The notes under the pieces: generated by a model
Seen by the model: the letters and a program-made list of their open reading frames with translations, nothing else
Databases searched by the model: none
Told to the model about the DNA's origin: nothing
Shown: piece by piece, positions 1-12,524 of the stretch
Numbering within the stretch: the stretch's first letter is position 1
Layout: each line of letters opens with the position of its first letter
DNA from: Sphyrna mokarran
Lineage: Eukaryota
Direction of reading: 5' to 3'
Length of the DNA stretch: 64,000 nucleotides
Assembly: GCA_024679065.1 (NCBI GenBank)
Contig: JAGIQG010000023.1
Span: 44,516,001 to 44,580,000, forward strand
Translations under genes and position numbers: made by a program

Positions 1-814
1 ACAAGACCATAATCAGATCATCTTACTAAATGACGGACTGGGCCCAAAGTCCAATAGCATACTCCTATTCTCATTTCTTATGATCTTATGCATACAGACC
101 ATATGGTACACTTAAAACTTTGGATAATATCAAAAACCTCAAAAGTTAAAGCAATTTGTGGAAATGATGAAAACAAATTAGATGTTGCAAATGGTAAGAG
201 GCTGACCTTAAATTGCCAGGACCCAGATTCAAATTCAACCAACCATGATGGGATTGAAGTCTATTTTCTCTCGCAACTATGGGGACTTTACATTAAGCAA
301 ATTTAACATGAAGCTTCAAGAATGCAAATCCACATAATTAAATAGCAATATTACTCAAAGGCCTCTATTGTGCAATTAGATTGCACTTGGGATTTCACCT
401 TTTTGATGCAGCAGAGTTGAGGAAACTTTATTCTCCACACAGCCAATCCTGGGCCAAATATCTGTTCCCTTTGATTTTGAAGTAGCTCAAAAAGGCATCC
501 TTGTCAGTTTTTTGCATAGCTTTTCCATTTAATATTTACAATTCAAGGTCAGGTTTTCTTTGTGCTCTGATGACAATGTTATTGGCACAAAAGATTGCAT
601 GAGAATGATCTTTAGAGCTGTTTCTATCAATACAGTTGGATGCCAAAAAACTTTGCACTGCATCTTTATGTAAATTAAGTACTGTCTCAGAAAATTACCA
701 TATCAAGCAACTGATTCACTTCAGAAATTTAAAGTCATAGCCCACTACCAAGAACCATTCATTAAATAATTACACAAAAACATTGTCTTTAATGCTTTTC
801 AGACAACAAAAGAA

Positions 815-1085
815 TTGAAACATAGCATTAGATTGGTCACAGCACAGGATGTCACTAGGTCATTTTGTTTATGCCGGTTTTCTACAAGTGCATAACAGTT
901 CATCCGGTCCCTCGCCCTTTCCCATAGCCCTGCAAATTTTCTCTACTCCTTATCCAAATCCATTCTGAAAGCCACAATTAAATCTAGCTCTACCACGTTT
1001 GGACATTGCATTCCCAATCTGCACCACTTGTTGATGGAAGTTTTTCCTCTTGTCATATTGTTTTTTGCCAATCATCTTGAATTTG
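815..1085 (-). mobile_element. Degenerate CR1-type LINE 3' end
   Basis: Tail-like aaacatag...agcacagga followed by typical CR1 3' antisense sequence (ccatagccctgcaaatttt...tatccaaatcc). Confidence 0.55.
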
Positions 1086-1160
1086 AGTGAGTTTCCTCCC
1101 GAGAAAGTCCAGACATTCTAGATCTTGATGCACTTTACAATGAAGTTCAATGAACTTCAA

Positions 1161-1488
1161 TGACCTGGACCATTTGATGGGCAACATGACAGCTCAGTGA
1201 CTATCGCTGTGCTGTGCAGATACATGGATTTGGGCCTGTGTCTGTGGGAGTTTGTGCATTCTCCCCGTGCTTGCGTGGGTTTTCTCCAGGCGCTCCGGTT
1301 TCCTCCCACATCCCAAAGATGTGCTCTTAGGCTAATTGGCAAAACAAATTCTCCCTAAATTGTCTCAAATTTGGTTTTTAATCCATAGATCTATAAACAC
1401 GGACAGGGATCGCGGGTAGACGTGGGAACATCGGGGTGGTGGCGCGGGCTCGTTGGGCCGTTTCCCGTGCTATTTTGTTCTTTGTTCT
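1161..1488 (+). mobile_element. V-SINE-containing composite element, 5'-truncated copy 1
   Basis: V-domain (tgtgggagtttgtgcattctccccgtgcttgcgtgggttttctcc...ggtttcctcccacatcccaaagatgtgc) plus CR1/HER1-like tail ending gttctttgttct. Closely similar to 13446-13785. Confidence 0.85.
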
Positions 1489-2119
1489 AACTCCACCTCA
1501 TGAAAAACAAACATCTACACCACCCATGTACCACTGAAGTTTATTTACTACATCATGTGATTTCTCAAAAACTCACCAGCAGCTATGGAAATTTTTCAAA
1601 TGACAACAGGTTCCTCTTAAAAAAGGGAGTGACTAGCTTCTGTTGGTTTACATAGGATGGCTCTGCCCCAGAACAACCAAATTGTACACAAACACCCATT
1701 AAATATACATCAGAATGTATTAAGTTCCCTTATTCAGGTTCCTTCTTCTTGCCAAGGGTTGTACCAGTTGCATCCACTGTAAACAACAGTATTTCATATT
1801 AACTAAAAATAATAATAAAGGCAAATTAGTTTCATTGGAAGCTAGTGATGTAGACTTCAGAAGCTTCACTTCACAGTCCTGCACATCCTGGGTTGGAAAC
1901 AGAAATATAAATTACAAACCTCATCTGCAAAAATTATCCAGTCTTGCAATCACACTATGTATTTTAAATCTTACTACAGATTATTCGCTCTTAAAATGTT
2001 TCAGTTCCTTTTCACAAAGGGACAGGGGAGCAAGAGAAAGAGAACTATAATAAAATACTTCTTCTACCAGCAAAATGAATCCTCACTTCTGAGTACTTTC
2101 CTTAGTTGGGTTTTCCACA

Positions 2120-2430
2120 TTACAACAAGGATGTCAAAGTGCTGAACAAACTGGGATTCTCTTCTCTATAAAAGAGAAGGCTGAGAGCCAGCAATCTTGA
2201 AAATTATGAAGTTTAATAAGCTAAGTTATAGGGACATATGCACTTGTGTATATGTTGCTGTCAACAATAAATCTGTTAAGAAATTCAAGGGAAAACATCT
2301 TTACTCAATGTGTATCTGCAATGTGGAACTTGCTGCCATCTGGCATACTCACAGATTCTCAACTTTGTTGCTTCTGAATCCTGCTACAAGAGCTTTTTTC
2401 AGAAGAGTTGTTCCTGGCTCATGGTAAAAA
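2120..2430 (+). mobile_element. Highly degenerate CR1 RT C-terminal fragment
   Basis: ctgaacaaactgggattctcttctctataaaagagaaggctgaga...aaaattatgaag resembles the CR1 LGLFSLEKRRLR motif. Confidence 0.5.
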
Positions 2431-2745
2431 GCAGTGATTATTTTTCATACAAAAAAATCCCACAACAGAAAATTAGATGGATTATACATAGGATATGCTT
2501 CTCGTCTGAGGCACTTAAACCCAGCATTACAAGTTCACATTGGCAGTGTGCACTGGAATCAATGGACAAGCTACAGCCAGCCAAATGAAAAGCAAATGAT
2601 GAATGAAGTCAAACATGCACCAACTGTTCTTTCCCAGCCCCATTTACCCCATAAGTCGGCATCAAACTCCACTGGTCTGGTATTACTTACCCAATGTAAA
2701 AACACAGCAGCAGGTTGGATTACAGCAGCCAAAAAAGTTCTTTGA

Positions 2746-2825
2746 CCCTTAGTGTCCTGATATACGCGGGATTAGTGGGTAAGTGTGTAGGGAGTTGGGG
2801 GTAGGGCCTGGGTGGGATTGTGCTC
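2746..2825 (+). mobile_element. HE1-type SINE 3' fragment
   Basis: ggattagtgggtaagtgtgtagggagttgggggtagggcctgggtgggattgtg resembles the reverse complement of the SINE copies at 37670 and 38950. Confidence 0.55.
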
Positions 2826-2870
2826 AAAAAAAAATTGACCAACAAGGTGCATGCATTTGGCAGGTCATGC

Positions 2871-3263
2871 GAGGGCTGCTCTTGGTTGTTGCTTCAGGAG
2901 TGGCCTAGTGCTTCAAGTCGTTAGTGTATGCTTAAACAGGACCATCTGACGGGCAACATGACAGCTCAGAGACTATTGCTGTTGCTGTGCAGACACATAG
3001 ATTTGGGCCTGTGTCTGACGGAGTTTGCGCGTTCTCCCCATGGTTGCGTGGGTTTTCTCTGGGTGCTCCAGTTTCCTCCCACATCCCAAAGATGTGCTGA
3101 TTGGGTAACAAATTGTCCCTATATTGGTCCCTATATGGGAATCTTCCACAATAGGCATAGCCTAAAGTCATGGGTATGTCATTAAGACGTTAGGACGGCA
3201 GTGCGGGCTCGTTGGGCCGAAGGGCCTGTTTCCCGTGCTGAGTTGCTCTTTGTTCTTTGTTCT
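2871..3263 (+). mobile_element. V-SINE-containing composite element, copy 2 (diverged subfamily)
   Basis: Shares upstream spacer gagggctgctcttgg...tgcttca.gtcgttagtgt...ggaccat with 13389-13457, then V-domain and tail gggccgaagggcctgtttcccgtgctg...ctttgttctttgttct. Confidence 0.85.
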
Positions 3264-5403
3264 AAATGTCATAGATCTGGGGGAGGAGAAGGTGAGAGTT
3301 TTCTTCTTTGTCAGGACTGACAAGCGACCCCATATCAGCACACCAAATTAAACTTTTTTTTAAAAAAAGAGGATAAGATATCAATTTTGAGACCTCATTT
3401 TTCAGTCATAAGCACAGCATCACTGACAATAGTGATCAGTCTTGCACTTTTTGACACAAATGTTAGGATTTTTCAAATGGTTATCTTCTTGGAAGACGCT
3501 CATTTGGGATAAATGTTGCATACTACATATGTGCAGAGAAAGCTTTTTGCAAAAAGAATACAGTGGTAATTAAAGCATGTCTTTGTCAAATCAGTGTTTC
3601 AAGACTGCATTCCTGCAAACAGCACCACTAAAATACTGATGCTTTCTATCCATGCTCAACACTATAAATATCCAGTGTAAGGAACCGGGCAACAAGATAA
3701 GCAAGAAAAGTTTATAACCACTGGAACTTCAAATCCAATCAACTGATGGGAATGTTTCTTCATCAATGTGCTATCTTCAATGCTATAGATAACCTCAAAT
3801 ACCAGTTGTAACCCAGCTCAAAGTTTGAGGAAAGCCACTACCCATAATCCTAAAATAATTTGCATCCAACTCTAACTGCCCAATGATCCAAATGATGCAA
3901 AAAGTGTAATGAGGATGTGAAAGCAATTATTTGAGATTTCTTTTATTTTGGACAGAATACACATACAAAGCTAACAGTAGGGAAAGGAATGATAAGTTAC
4001 CCATGTGAATGCACTAAGAATTAAAATAAGTAATTATGATTTTAAGACCTACAAGTTGATATTTTAGATGCATTTCAAAATATTTACTGTGGTTAATACT
4101 TCATTCAATGTAAGGCATAATGGGAAAGTTCAATAGTTTAGAGCCAAAGGTACGAGAATTCTTAGCAGACTCATATCTGGAGATAACTATGAGGGTATAT
4201 ACTTTGCAATTTTAGAAATAGTTGGTTCGCAGCCCAGATTATGCATCACCCTGGACACAGGAATACATGTCGACTCAACTTGGCAGCGGCCATCTCAACT
4301 TTGATCTTTACGTAATTTTTAAAAGTACATACAATGGGGAAGTAGCTTCAGCCAAGATGGGATTAAAGTCCAGTTAGTCATGGAAAAATGACAAACTATT
4401 ATGCTGGAAACACAGAACAGTACAGGCTCTACGGCCCTTGAGGTTGTGTCAAGCTTTGTCCGAAACCAAGATCAAGCTAGCCAACTCCCTCTCATTCTGG
4501 TGTGCTCCATGTGCCTATCCAATCACTGCTTGAAAGATCCTCAGATGTTCGACTCCACTATCACAGCAGATAGTGCATTCTACAAACCAACCATTCTGAG
4601 TAAAGAGCCTACCTCAGACATCCCTCCTAATTTTTCTCATGAACTTGTTAGTTATGCCACCCGAAGAAACGTCCTCTCTATCTATCCCCCTCATCATCTT
4701 ATAAACCTCTATTAAGTCACCTTTCATCCTCCTCTGCTCTATCGAGAAAGGCCCAGCTCCCTCAACCTTTCCTCTTAAGACCTATCCTCCAAACCAGGCA
4801 GCATCCTGGTAAATCTCCTCTGCACTCTCTCCAATGCTTCCAGATCCTTCTTATAGTGAGGTGACTAGAACTACACACAATATTCCATATGCAGTCTCAC
4901 CAAAATCCTGTACAGTTGCAGCATAACCCCGTAGCTCTTAAACTCACTGTTAATAAATGTAAACACTGTACAGGCCTTCTTAATGGCTTTATTCAGTTGA
5001 GTGGCAATCTTCAGAGATCTGTGGATATGAACCCCAAATTTCTGTTTCTCCACATTCCTCAGAACCCTGCTGTTGACTCTGCAATCAGTATTCAAATTTG
5101 TCTTACCAAAATGAATCACCTTGCACTTATCATGGTTAAGCTCCATCTGCCATTTTTTGGCCCAGCACTGCATCCTATCAATGTCTCTTTGCAGCGTACA
5201 AAAGGCCTCCACCTCAACCACTACTGCACCAATCACAGTGTCATCAGCAAATTTACTGACCCACCCTTCAGCTCCCTCCTCCAAGTCATTGATAAAAAAT
5301 CACACATAGGAGAGGACCCAGCACTGATCCCTGTGGTACACTGCTGGTAACCGGCCTCCAGTCTGAAAATTTTCCATCCACCATCACCGTTTTCTATGAG
5401 ATA

Positions 5404-5615
5404 TGATGTGGAGATGTCAGTGTTGGACTGGGGTAAACACAGTGAGAAGTCTCACAACACCGGGTTGAAGTCCAACAGGTTTATTTGGTAGCAAACACCA
5501 CTAGCTTTCAGGGCTTTGCCCCTTCATCAGGAGCAAAGTCCCAAAAGCAAGTGGCATTTGCTACCAAATAAACCCGTTGGACTTTTAACCTGGTGTTGTG
5601 AGACTTCTCACAGTG
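5404..5615. mobile_element. Penelope-terminus-derived fold-back element with 12-bp TSD
   Basis: TTCTATGAGATA at 5392-5403 and 5616-5627; ~88-bp inverted arms (5437-5523 / 5529-5616). Left part matches the end of the Penelope copy at 58360-58485. Confidence 0.85.
5498..5530 (-). ncRNA. Minimal hammerhead ribozyme core (Penelope type), stem I 5' strand lost
   Basis: Minus strand CUGAUGA-AGGGGCAAAGCCCU-GAAA-GCUA-GUG. Confidence 0.6.
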
Positions 5616-6737
5616 TTCTATGAGATAGCCAGTTACTTAGCCAATCAGCCAAATTTCCTTCTAACCCGCACCTCCTTCCTTACTTCATGAACTGACCATG
5701 GGGAACCTTATCAAATGCCTTACTAAAATCCATGTAGACAACATCAACTGCTCTACCTTCATCCACACACTTAGTTACTTCCTCAAAGAATTCAATCAAA
5801 CTTGTGAAGCAAGATTTGGCCTTCACGAATCCATGCTGACTATCCCGGATTAAGCTGCATCTTTCCAAATGGTCATAAATCATATCGCTCAGGACCTTTT
5901 CCATTAACTTACCGACTACCAAAGTAAGACTGACCAGCCTGTAATTACCAGGGTCATTTTTATTTCCTTTCTTGAACAGCAGAACAACATTTGCCACTCT
6001 CCAGTCCTCTGGCGAGTGACGACCCAAAGAACGAAGCCAAAAGGCTCTGCAATCTCTTCCCTTGCTTCACAAACAATCCTAGGATATATCTCATCTGATC
6101 CAGGGGCTTATCAACCCTCAAGTTTTTCAAAATTGCTATCAAATCTTCTGTCTGAATATCTACCTTCTCCAGACTAAGCCTGTGTCACATTCTCATCCTC
6201 AATGACATGGTCTGTCCCCTTGGTGAGCTCTAAAGAAAAGAATTTGTTCATCGCTTCTCCTATCTCTTCTGAGTCCATGCACAAGTTCCCACTACTATCC
6301 TTGACTGGCCCTAACCTAATCCGATCATTCTTTTATTTTTCACAGAAGAGTAAAAAACCTTGGAAAGTACTAAGCAGTTGATTGAAGTATCTGACAAAGA
6401 TTTCTATTGACATACAGACATTAAATAAAATTAACTTTAAACTAACGTAAGGTGGAGGAGAATCAGATTACAAAAATATATAACTGCCCTGTTTTTTTAC
6501 TGATGACATTAGAAACTGAGACCATCATAATTGCTCCCATTGATCACTGATTTTTTAATAACATTTTACCTTTATACTGTGACATTGGTTTCCAGAGTAT
6601 TCCTCATTGGATGAGGATGATCTTTGGAAATAAAATTAATCGACGAGCTTAATTCAAACCTAGCCAGCATCTAAACTGATATTTGGTACTGGAAGTGAGA
6701 GAGAAAAGACCAGGTGCATCTCATTGTGGGGGTAGGC

Positions 6738-6740
<3 letters not shown>

Positions 6741-6780
<40 letters not shown>
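6741..6780 (+). repeat. (GT)20 microsatellite
   Basis: Perfect dinucleotide run. Confidence 0.98.
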
Positions 6781-6782
<2 letters not shown>

Positions 6783-8329
6783 AGTAAGGCAGTGAAGGAA
6801 AAATATTCATGATTCAAACTAAGTCACAGCAAATCATAATTACACCAGCTGCCTTTTGTGATAACGTAACAACAACCATCCAAGACAATGTCTGTTTGCT
6901 GCATATCTGACCAAGAAATTCTATTAAGTGCTGCACTGAATAAATTTGTATGATATTTAATTGGAAACACTGGATAAAAATATTTTGTTCCTCATTTGAA
7001 TTTTCTTTTCCAAACCTTCAATGTTTGCTTTAATAGAATAATTAAGTAGAAAGGCTGCCACGGAATAAGGACAAATTGATGAAAAGAATCTTAAAAAGCA
7101 GTGATATCAAATATATTTTATTTATTATCCAAGTAAATTGTAAGTATATTTTGTTGTGTGGTGTGTTGCACAGCTCTGTAGTTGCACACTGAATTAAGTT
7201 TACAGATTTACTTTAAATCTGCAAGCTGCAGTTTATTTGCTATTATCCCATCAGAGTACAATTCCTTCTAAAGATTTGAACTGTGGTAAGAAAGATCCTT
7301 TAACTTCACTCAAGGACCATAAACCTTCTAAACAGTGCAACTGTTTTACAGTTAATGGGTCACATTAAATTCCTTGGCTCCAGCTGTGCAAGTTTGTCCG
7401 ATTTTGATCGAACCCCTCTCTCGGTACTTTGTTAAATGCCATAGATTTAGATATGATTGTTCTGTTTTGAATACTTTAAAAACATATTATCATGTCTTAA
7501 TTCAAACCAAATTCCTAAAGCACATGATTGAAGATGTTGCAAATCCAGTACAATTAACTTTACTGCATCTCAAAGTTAGAGAATATTTGAGAAATCATTG
7601 TACTATCAATAGAACAATGCCAACCTTAATTTTTTATATTTTCATTCAAGTCTATTACTGTGATCTTCAAAAATTCAAGTTGAAGGACAAGCTGCTCGAT
7701 TACAAAATGAGTTAAATATCATTTGAGATCACCTCTTTTGATAAAAGAGGTAATGAAATTAATGAAATATTATGTTAAGTATAGTTCATTTAAATCTAAC
7801 TTGGCCACAAAATTTATTTTCATGACATTGTCTTCAGTAAGTATCTCTCTTCCGAATCCTCTTGCCCTCCTTTGAGCAATACAAATGCAAATAAAAATTA
7901 TAGTTTTCACAACATCAGAAACAGTAGCACCTGGTTAATGCATATTTCATTTATTTTCATACCTTAATCTTTATCCCCAATTTGGAGGACAAAATGTTTA
8001 ATAGGAGACCTATGGGCAAGAAATTGCAAGAAAAGAAAGAAAAGTTTTTTTTAGGACAATTCAGTTAATACAAAAAAAATCAAAATATACAGAAAATATA
8101 AAAGTTGCAATGTAAAGGAAACTAGGACCATTTGCAAAATGTTGCATTTTCTTAGTAGCGTATTTAATAAGCTTTATTTTAGAAATTCAATTTTGAAGGG
8201 AAAAGGTGCACGAGGGAAAGCATTATACATTTCATTGCAAGAAAATGTTTTGCAAACAGATAAATTGTACACCAAAAACCATTTAACAAGTCACAAAGGC
8301 TAGATGTCGCCCAAAAGGAAAATGAGAGT

Positions 8330-9180
8330 CAGCTAATAAATCAGATCAAGTTACCATCAATCACACTTTGTTGTGATAAGCTAAGCAGACAAAAAGACAG
8401 ATAAAATGGCGGTTTAGGCAAATAAATGGCAAATGCAATTCAACATCAGCCAACATGAGGAGGTCTCATTTTGTAAGAAAAATAGAAGAAATTATACTTG
8501 CGGAAAAGACTGGGTGATTGCAGAAGATAACAGGGATGAGGGTGCTCTGGCTCACAAGCCTTTAAGAGCAGTATTCGAGTGCACAAAAGCTAACTGAATA
8601 CTGTTTTTTTCTTGGTATGAAGCACGGAATGTGGTTGAAAGTGAACATATGTTTAAAATCTCAGTTGGAGCAGCATATGTTCCATAAAATAGGAAGGATG
8701 TTGAAGCAAGAAGAATGCAGGCTCATTACAATGTTGCCTCAGTTTGAGAAAACATAATTGAAAAATTGGGGCTGTTTCCGTTAGAAAAGATGATGAGTGA
8801 TTTGATTAAATTGTTTAAGATTATTTAACAAAAGGTAACAATGGAAAGTTTTTTTTTAATATATCGTGGTTGAGAGAGAAAGAATGAGGAATCGTAAACA
8901 TTCAGTGAAATGCAAGAAACTTGAGATAGAAAACAGGAGAAACTCTTATTTAACTGAGTGTTGTGCAGCTCTAGACTGTATTACTAAAGTTAATGACTGA
9001 GGCAGAGACCATATCGTTATTCAGGAATAAGTTAGACAGAAGACCAAGAGATTGGGAATAAAGGGATTATGACAACAGAGAATATGAGATGATGACTGCT
9101 GCTCATGAGATGGATAAGCAGCAACACAAATTGTTTGGATCAATCTACAAGTTTCAGTGTTGCAATTTCTATGCAATTCG
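8330..9180 (+). mobile_element. Old CR1-like LINE 3' fragment
   Basis: gcaaataaatggcaaatgcaattcaac (W-Q-M-Q-F-N), aaaattggggctgtttccgttagaaaaga and a degenerate tail. Confidence 0.65.
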
Positions 9181-9829
9181 ATGAAGGTTTGCTGTTTATC
9201 CTCTTTGATGAGCAACAGTGTGCAGGATAAATTTAGGTGGTGAGCAAAAAACACGTCTAGAGACAAAAGTAAACAGACAGTGATTCAGGCAACTTCACAG
9301 AACCTGTAATTTTAACCCAACATTTATTTTCAAAGAAATAAGAAATTTCTCTCAGGACACCAAAAACGCTTGGAAAATAGGAAGGAAAAGACACTGAATG
9401 GTTTACCTATAATTTTCCTCTGCCTAATGACTTAGTTCATGAATTCTGACATTTTAAATACTACCAATAAACTTTTATAAAAGGAAAATGACCTACCTTT
9501 AGTACAGCACTCTTTATCCTTTGTAAATAACCATAACTTCCACAAACAAAATTATATCTTTAAAACACGTCAACTAGGAGAAATTACAAACATTTTGCAC
9601 AAGTGACAAGCTTCCTAACCAAATGCTACATGAAATAACTATCTGCAAATTTTCCAACATTTTTAAATGAAGGTAGTCCTGTTATGTAAACTATGCTTAT
9701 AAGATAAAAGATAACTAAAATTAAGGCTCTGCAAATTAATCAAGTATCTGGAACAAATATTAAATCAACAGGTGACAAACTTCCAATTTCTTTCTGGACC
9801 TTACAAATAAATACCATCATGAAATTTTG

Positions 9830-10370
9830 TGCGATTTATTTGGACTTCAGAAAAATCCCATCAACATGGGAAATTTCGGATATGGTGCATGATTAAAAGA
9901 TGTTAGGCGAAAACGAGAAAATATAAAATATTAACAAATGTAGTGCAGAGTGGTCAAAGTACAACAATCAAGTGCTGCAACAGGTCAGTGCTTAGTCCTA
10001 CTATGTACATCTGCCTAAGTCAACTGAAGAAAAAATTGTAAGTTCATCTTATGAAGTTCACAAACAGAAAACAAGAAAGAACAGTGAGGGCAGAAAATGC
10101 TGTTAATTTGAAGAGAGAGTTAAAACAATTTCTATAATTGGTTATGGAGTCAATGAAATTCAATACTGACAAAACTATTACACATTTGTTATAAAGGTAA
10201 CATTAGCACAGGGAGACTGAGAAAGAAATTGGGACTAAGAATGGCTTCATTTTCAATGTTGATACCATACTAAACAAACCCAAAGGTATAAACATGGTAT
10301 AAAAATTAAAGTCCAAGTCTAGAGAGATTATGCAGTCTGAGTACTCCAGTTACAAAACAGCATTGTGCAC
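9830..10370 (+). mobile_element. Very degenerate CR1-like RT fragment
   Basis: atttatttggacttcagaaaa (YLDF.K), caacaggtcagtgcttagtcc (QGSVLGP-like) and atgaaattcaatactgacaaa. Confidence 0.5.
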
Positions 10371-11369
10371 ACCTGAGTTAAACATGGTTTTTAAATAAAG
10401 AACATCCCAATTCTTCTTGTCTTACTATTTTTCCAGTCCTTCTGTATTTTTTTCAGTCTTTTAAGGAGAATTGAGGAGCATTCACTTACCTGGTTTATTT
10501 TCTCTTCTTGCAACCACTACCTTTGGAATGTTGGACCAGCTCTTCTTAAAGAAGGTTTAAAAACTGAAAATTATGTTTTTGTTGGCCAATAAAATTTCAG
10601 GCACTGGCAGTTTATATAGCTGATAAAAGATGAGGGCCAATTCAAATTGACAAACCAAGATTGAAAATTAGGTGATAGTGGCTATAAGAAACTAATAATT
10701 GCAGCCAAGATTATTAGGAGAGATAGTGATATCTATGGAATTATGACATTAGAATATAGACATAATTTATAAGAACTGAGCTTTTGTTTTATTTGATAGT
10801 CAAATTCTGTCAGTTGATAACAATGGCAAGTTCTAAATGTCTGCAATATATTAAACAGCAAATGCACCAAGGAGTTTCAATCAGTAAAACTTGAAGTTCT
10901 GATGTTGAAATAGGTTGGTGCTTCAAAGAATTCCTCCCAATGGAATTGGTATTTGATCTGAGTAAGCAGTTGGAAGAAGAAATCAGATCTTTGAACTTGA
11001 TATTTAAGAATTGGACCCATGTATTAAAAAGGGGAAGAGATTTGGAAAGTGAATTCCAGAGTACAATTCTATTTATTATTAATTCCAAGAGTTGCTTGCA
11101 TTAGTATGAAAAAAATGTTAAATTTATTCTAAAACACCTTATCATTCTGTAATTGTTATATTTCATGTTGCTTCTTCTGAAGATGGTTTTCTGGCCTCAC
11201 CACAAACTTCTTTCCTAGCCACCATCTCCATTTTGCTTCCCACCAAATGTCTAGGGCTGAATCAGACTGTTTGCAACATTGGTATCATATTTTATGCAGA
11301 TGAACTTTGACTACATCCGCACCATCTCTTTCCACCTGTAAGATAACTTAGTCCTACCTCATTCCAAAG

Positions 11370-11840
11370 AAACACAGAATAAATCACCAACCCTTTGAGT
11401 TTGTTCTACCATTTAATACAATCATAGCTGATCTTGTATTAAAACTCACCTTCCCATGGTATCCAATATTCTTTATCCCCAAGTATCCAAAATTCAATAT
11501 GAGTTCAACATATTTAATAACTGAGCATCCATAGCCCTTGGGAGGAAAGATTCTAAAGATCTATAACCCTCTCAAAGTAATTTCTCCACTCAGTCTGAGT
11601 AACGGTCAACCCATTATTCTGAAACTGTGACCTCTTATTTCAGACCTCCAAGACAGGACCATCTGCCTTTCATCTACCTTATCAAGCTCTTTCCAGAATC
11701 TTATGATGTGGAGATGCCAGGGTTGGACTGAGATGGGAAATGTTGAGTTTCAATCAGATCATCTCTCATTCTTCTCAATTACAGAGAACAGATTGTCTAC
11801 TCAATCTTTCATAGAACAATCCCCTCACTCAAAGGAATTA
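11370..11840 (-). mobile_element. CR1-like LINE 3' end carrying a 28-bp Penelope-terminus fragment at 11703-11730
   Basis: Typical CR1 antisense 3' sequence; atgatgtggagatgccagggttggactg matches 5403-5430 and 58360-58385. Confidence 0.65.
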
Positions 11841-12524
11841 TCTAGTACTGAAACCTTCCTCCACACCCTCGTTCCAATACATTCCTCACCATCCTCCCAA
11901 CTTGCACACTCCACAAACTTGTTACTCAACATTCTGCTGCCAGTATGCTAACTCGCATCAATTCCCATTCATCCACTGTGCTCACTTAAGCAACGCTTCA
12001 ACTTTAAAACCAACTTCCTAAACCATAATTTTCATCCATCATATAGTTTGGTGTCAGATGTTGTTTGACAGCACATATGTGAAATGCATGGAAAGGTTGA
12101 ACTATATTAAAAATGCTATATAAATAGAAGTTATTTCTCCTCAATTGACCACAAGTAATTAAAAGTACAGACAAAAGTAAAGCAGATTGTTTGTGGGAGG
12201 AAAAGGTTGATTGACCAAATGGACTGTTTGTACTCTGGGTTTAATTAAATCAAACCTGAACAAGTGCTCTGGAAATAAACTGGAGTAGTTGCTGTTACCA
12301 GTGATCTACAGATGTCTTGCTTGCTTCAAAATTTTCATTGTGACCCAGTTCCAAAAATCAACTACCAAAGAGTGGAGATGTGTTATGAGAAGACTATCAT
12401 GCCTTGTGTATCACATTCCAGTGCTTTAGCCATCGTCAAAATGTCATTCCAGCTTTCAGTAAACATTTTCACATTTCATGGAAGCTAAAACTTAAGATGA
12501 CTTATTGGTCGAAACCAGAATGAG

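Larger units (their letters stand above)
4408..6362 (-). mobile_element. CR1/HER1-like LINE, 3' ~1.7 kb of ORF2 (RT) plus tail, interrupted at 5404-5615
   Basis: ORFs 5680-6027 (WRVANVVLLFKKG..NYRLVSLT..HGFVKAKSC..VYMDFSKAFDKVPH) and 4871-5284 (SKFADDT..WAKKWQME..LEYCV-like). Contains frameshifts and stops. Confidence 0.95.

Noticed and set aside
1141-1159. TGAAGTTCA-A-TGAACTTCA inverted repeat at the 5' junction of composite copy 1
   Set aside because: Only 9-bp arms; at most a junction scar from insertion.
3308-3323. TTGTCAG-GA-CTGACAA palindrome (paired TGTCA sites)
   Set aside because: 7-bp arms are expected by chance in 64 kb.
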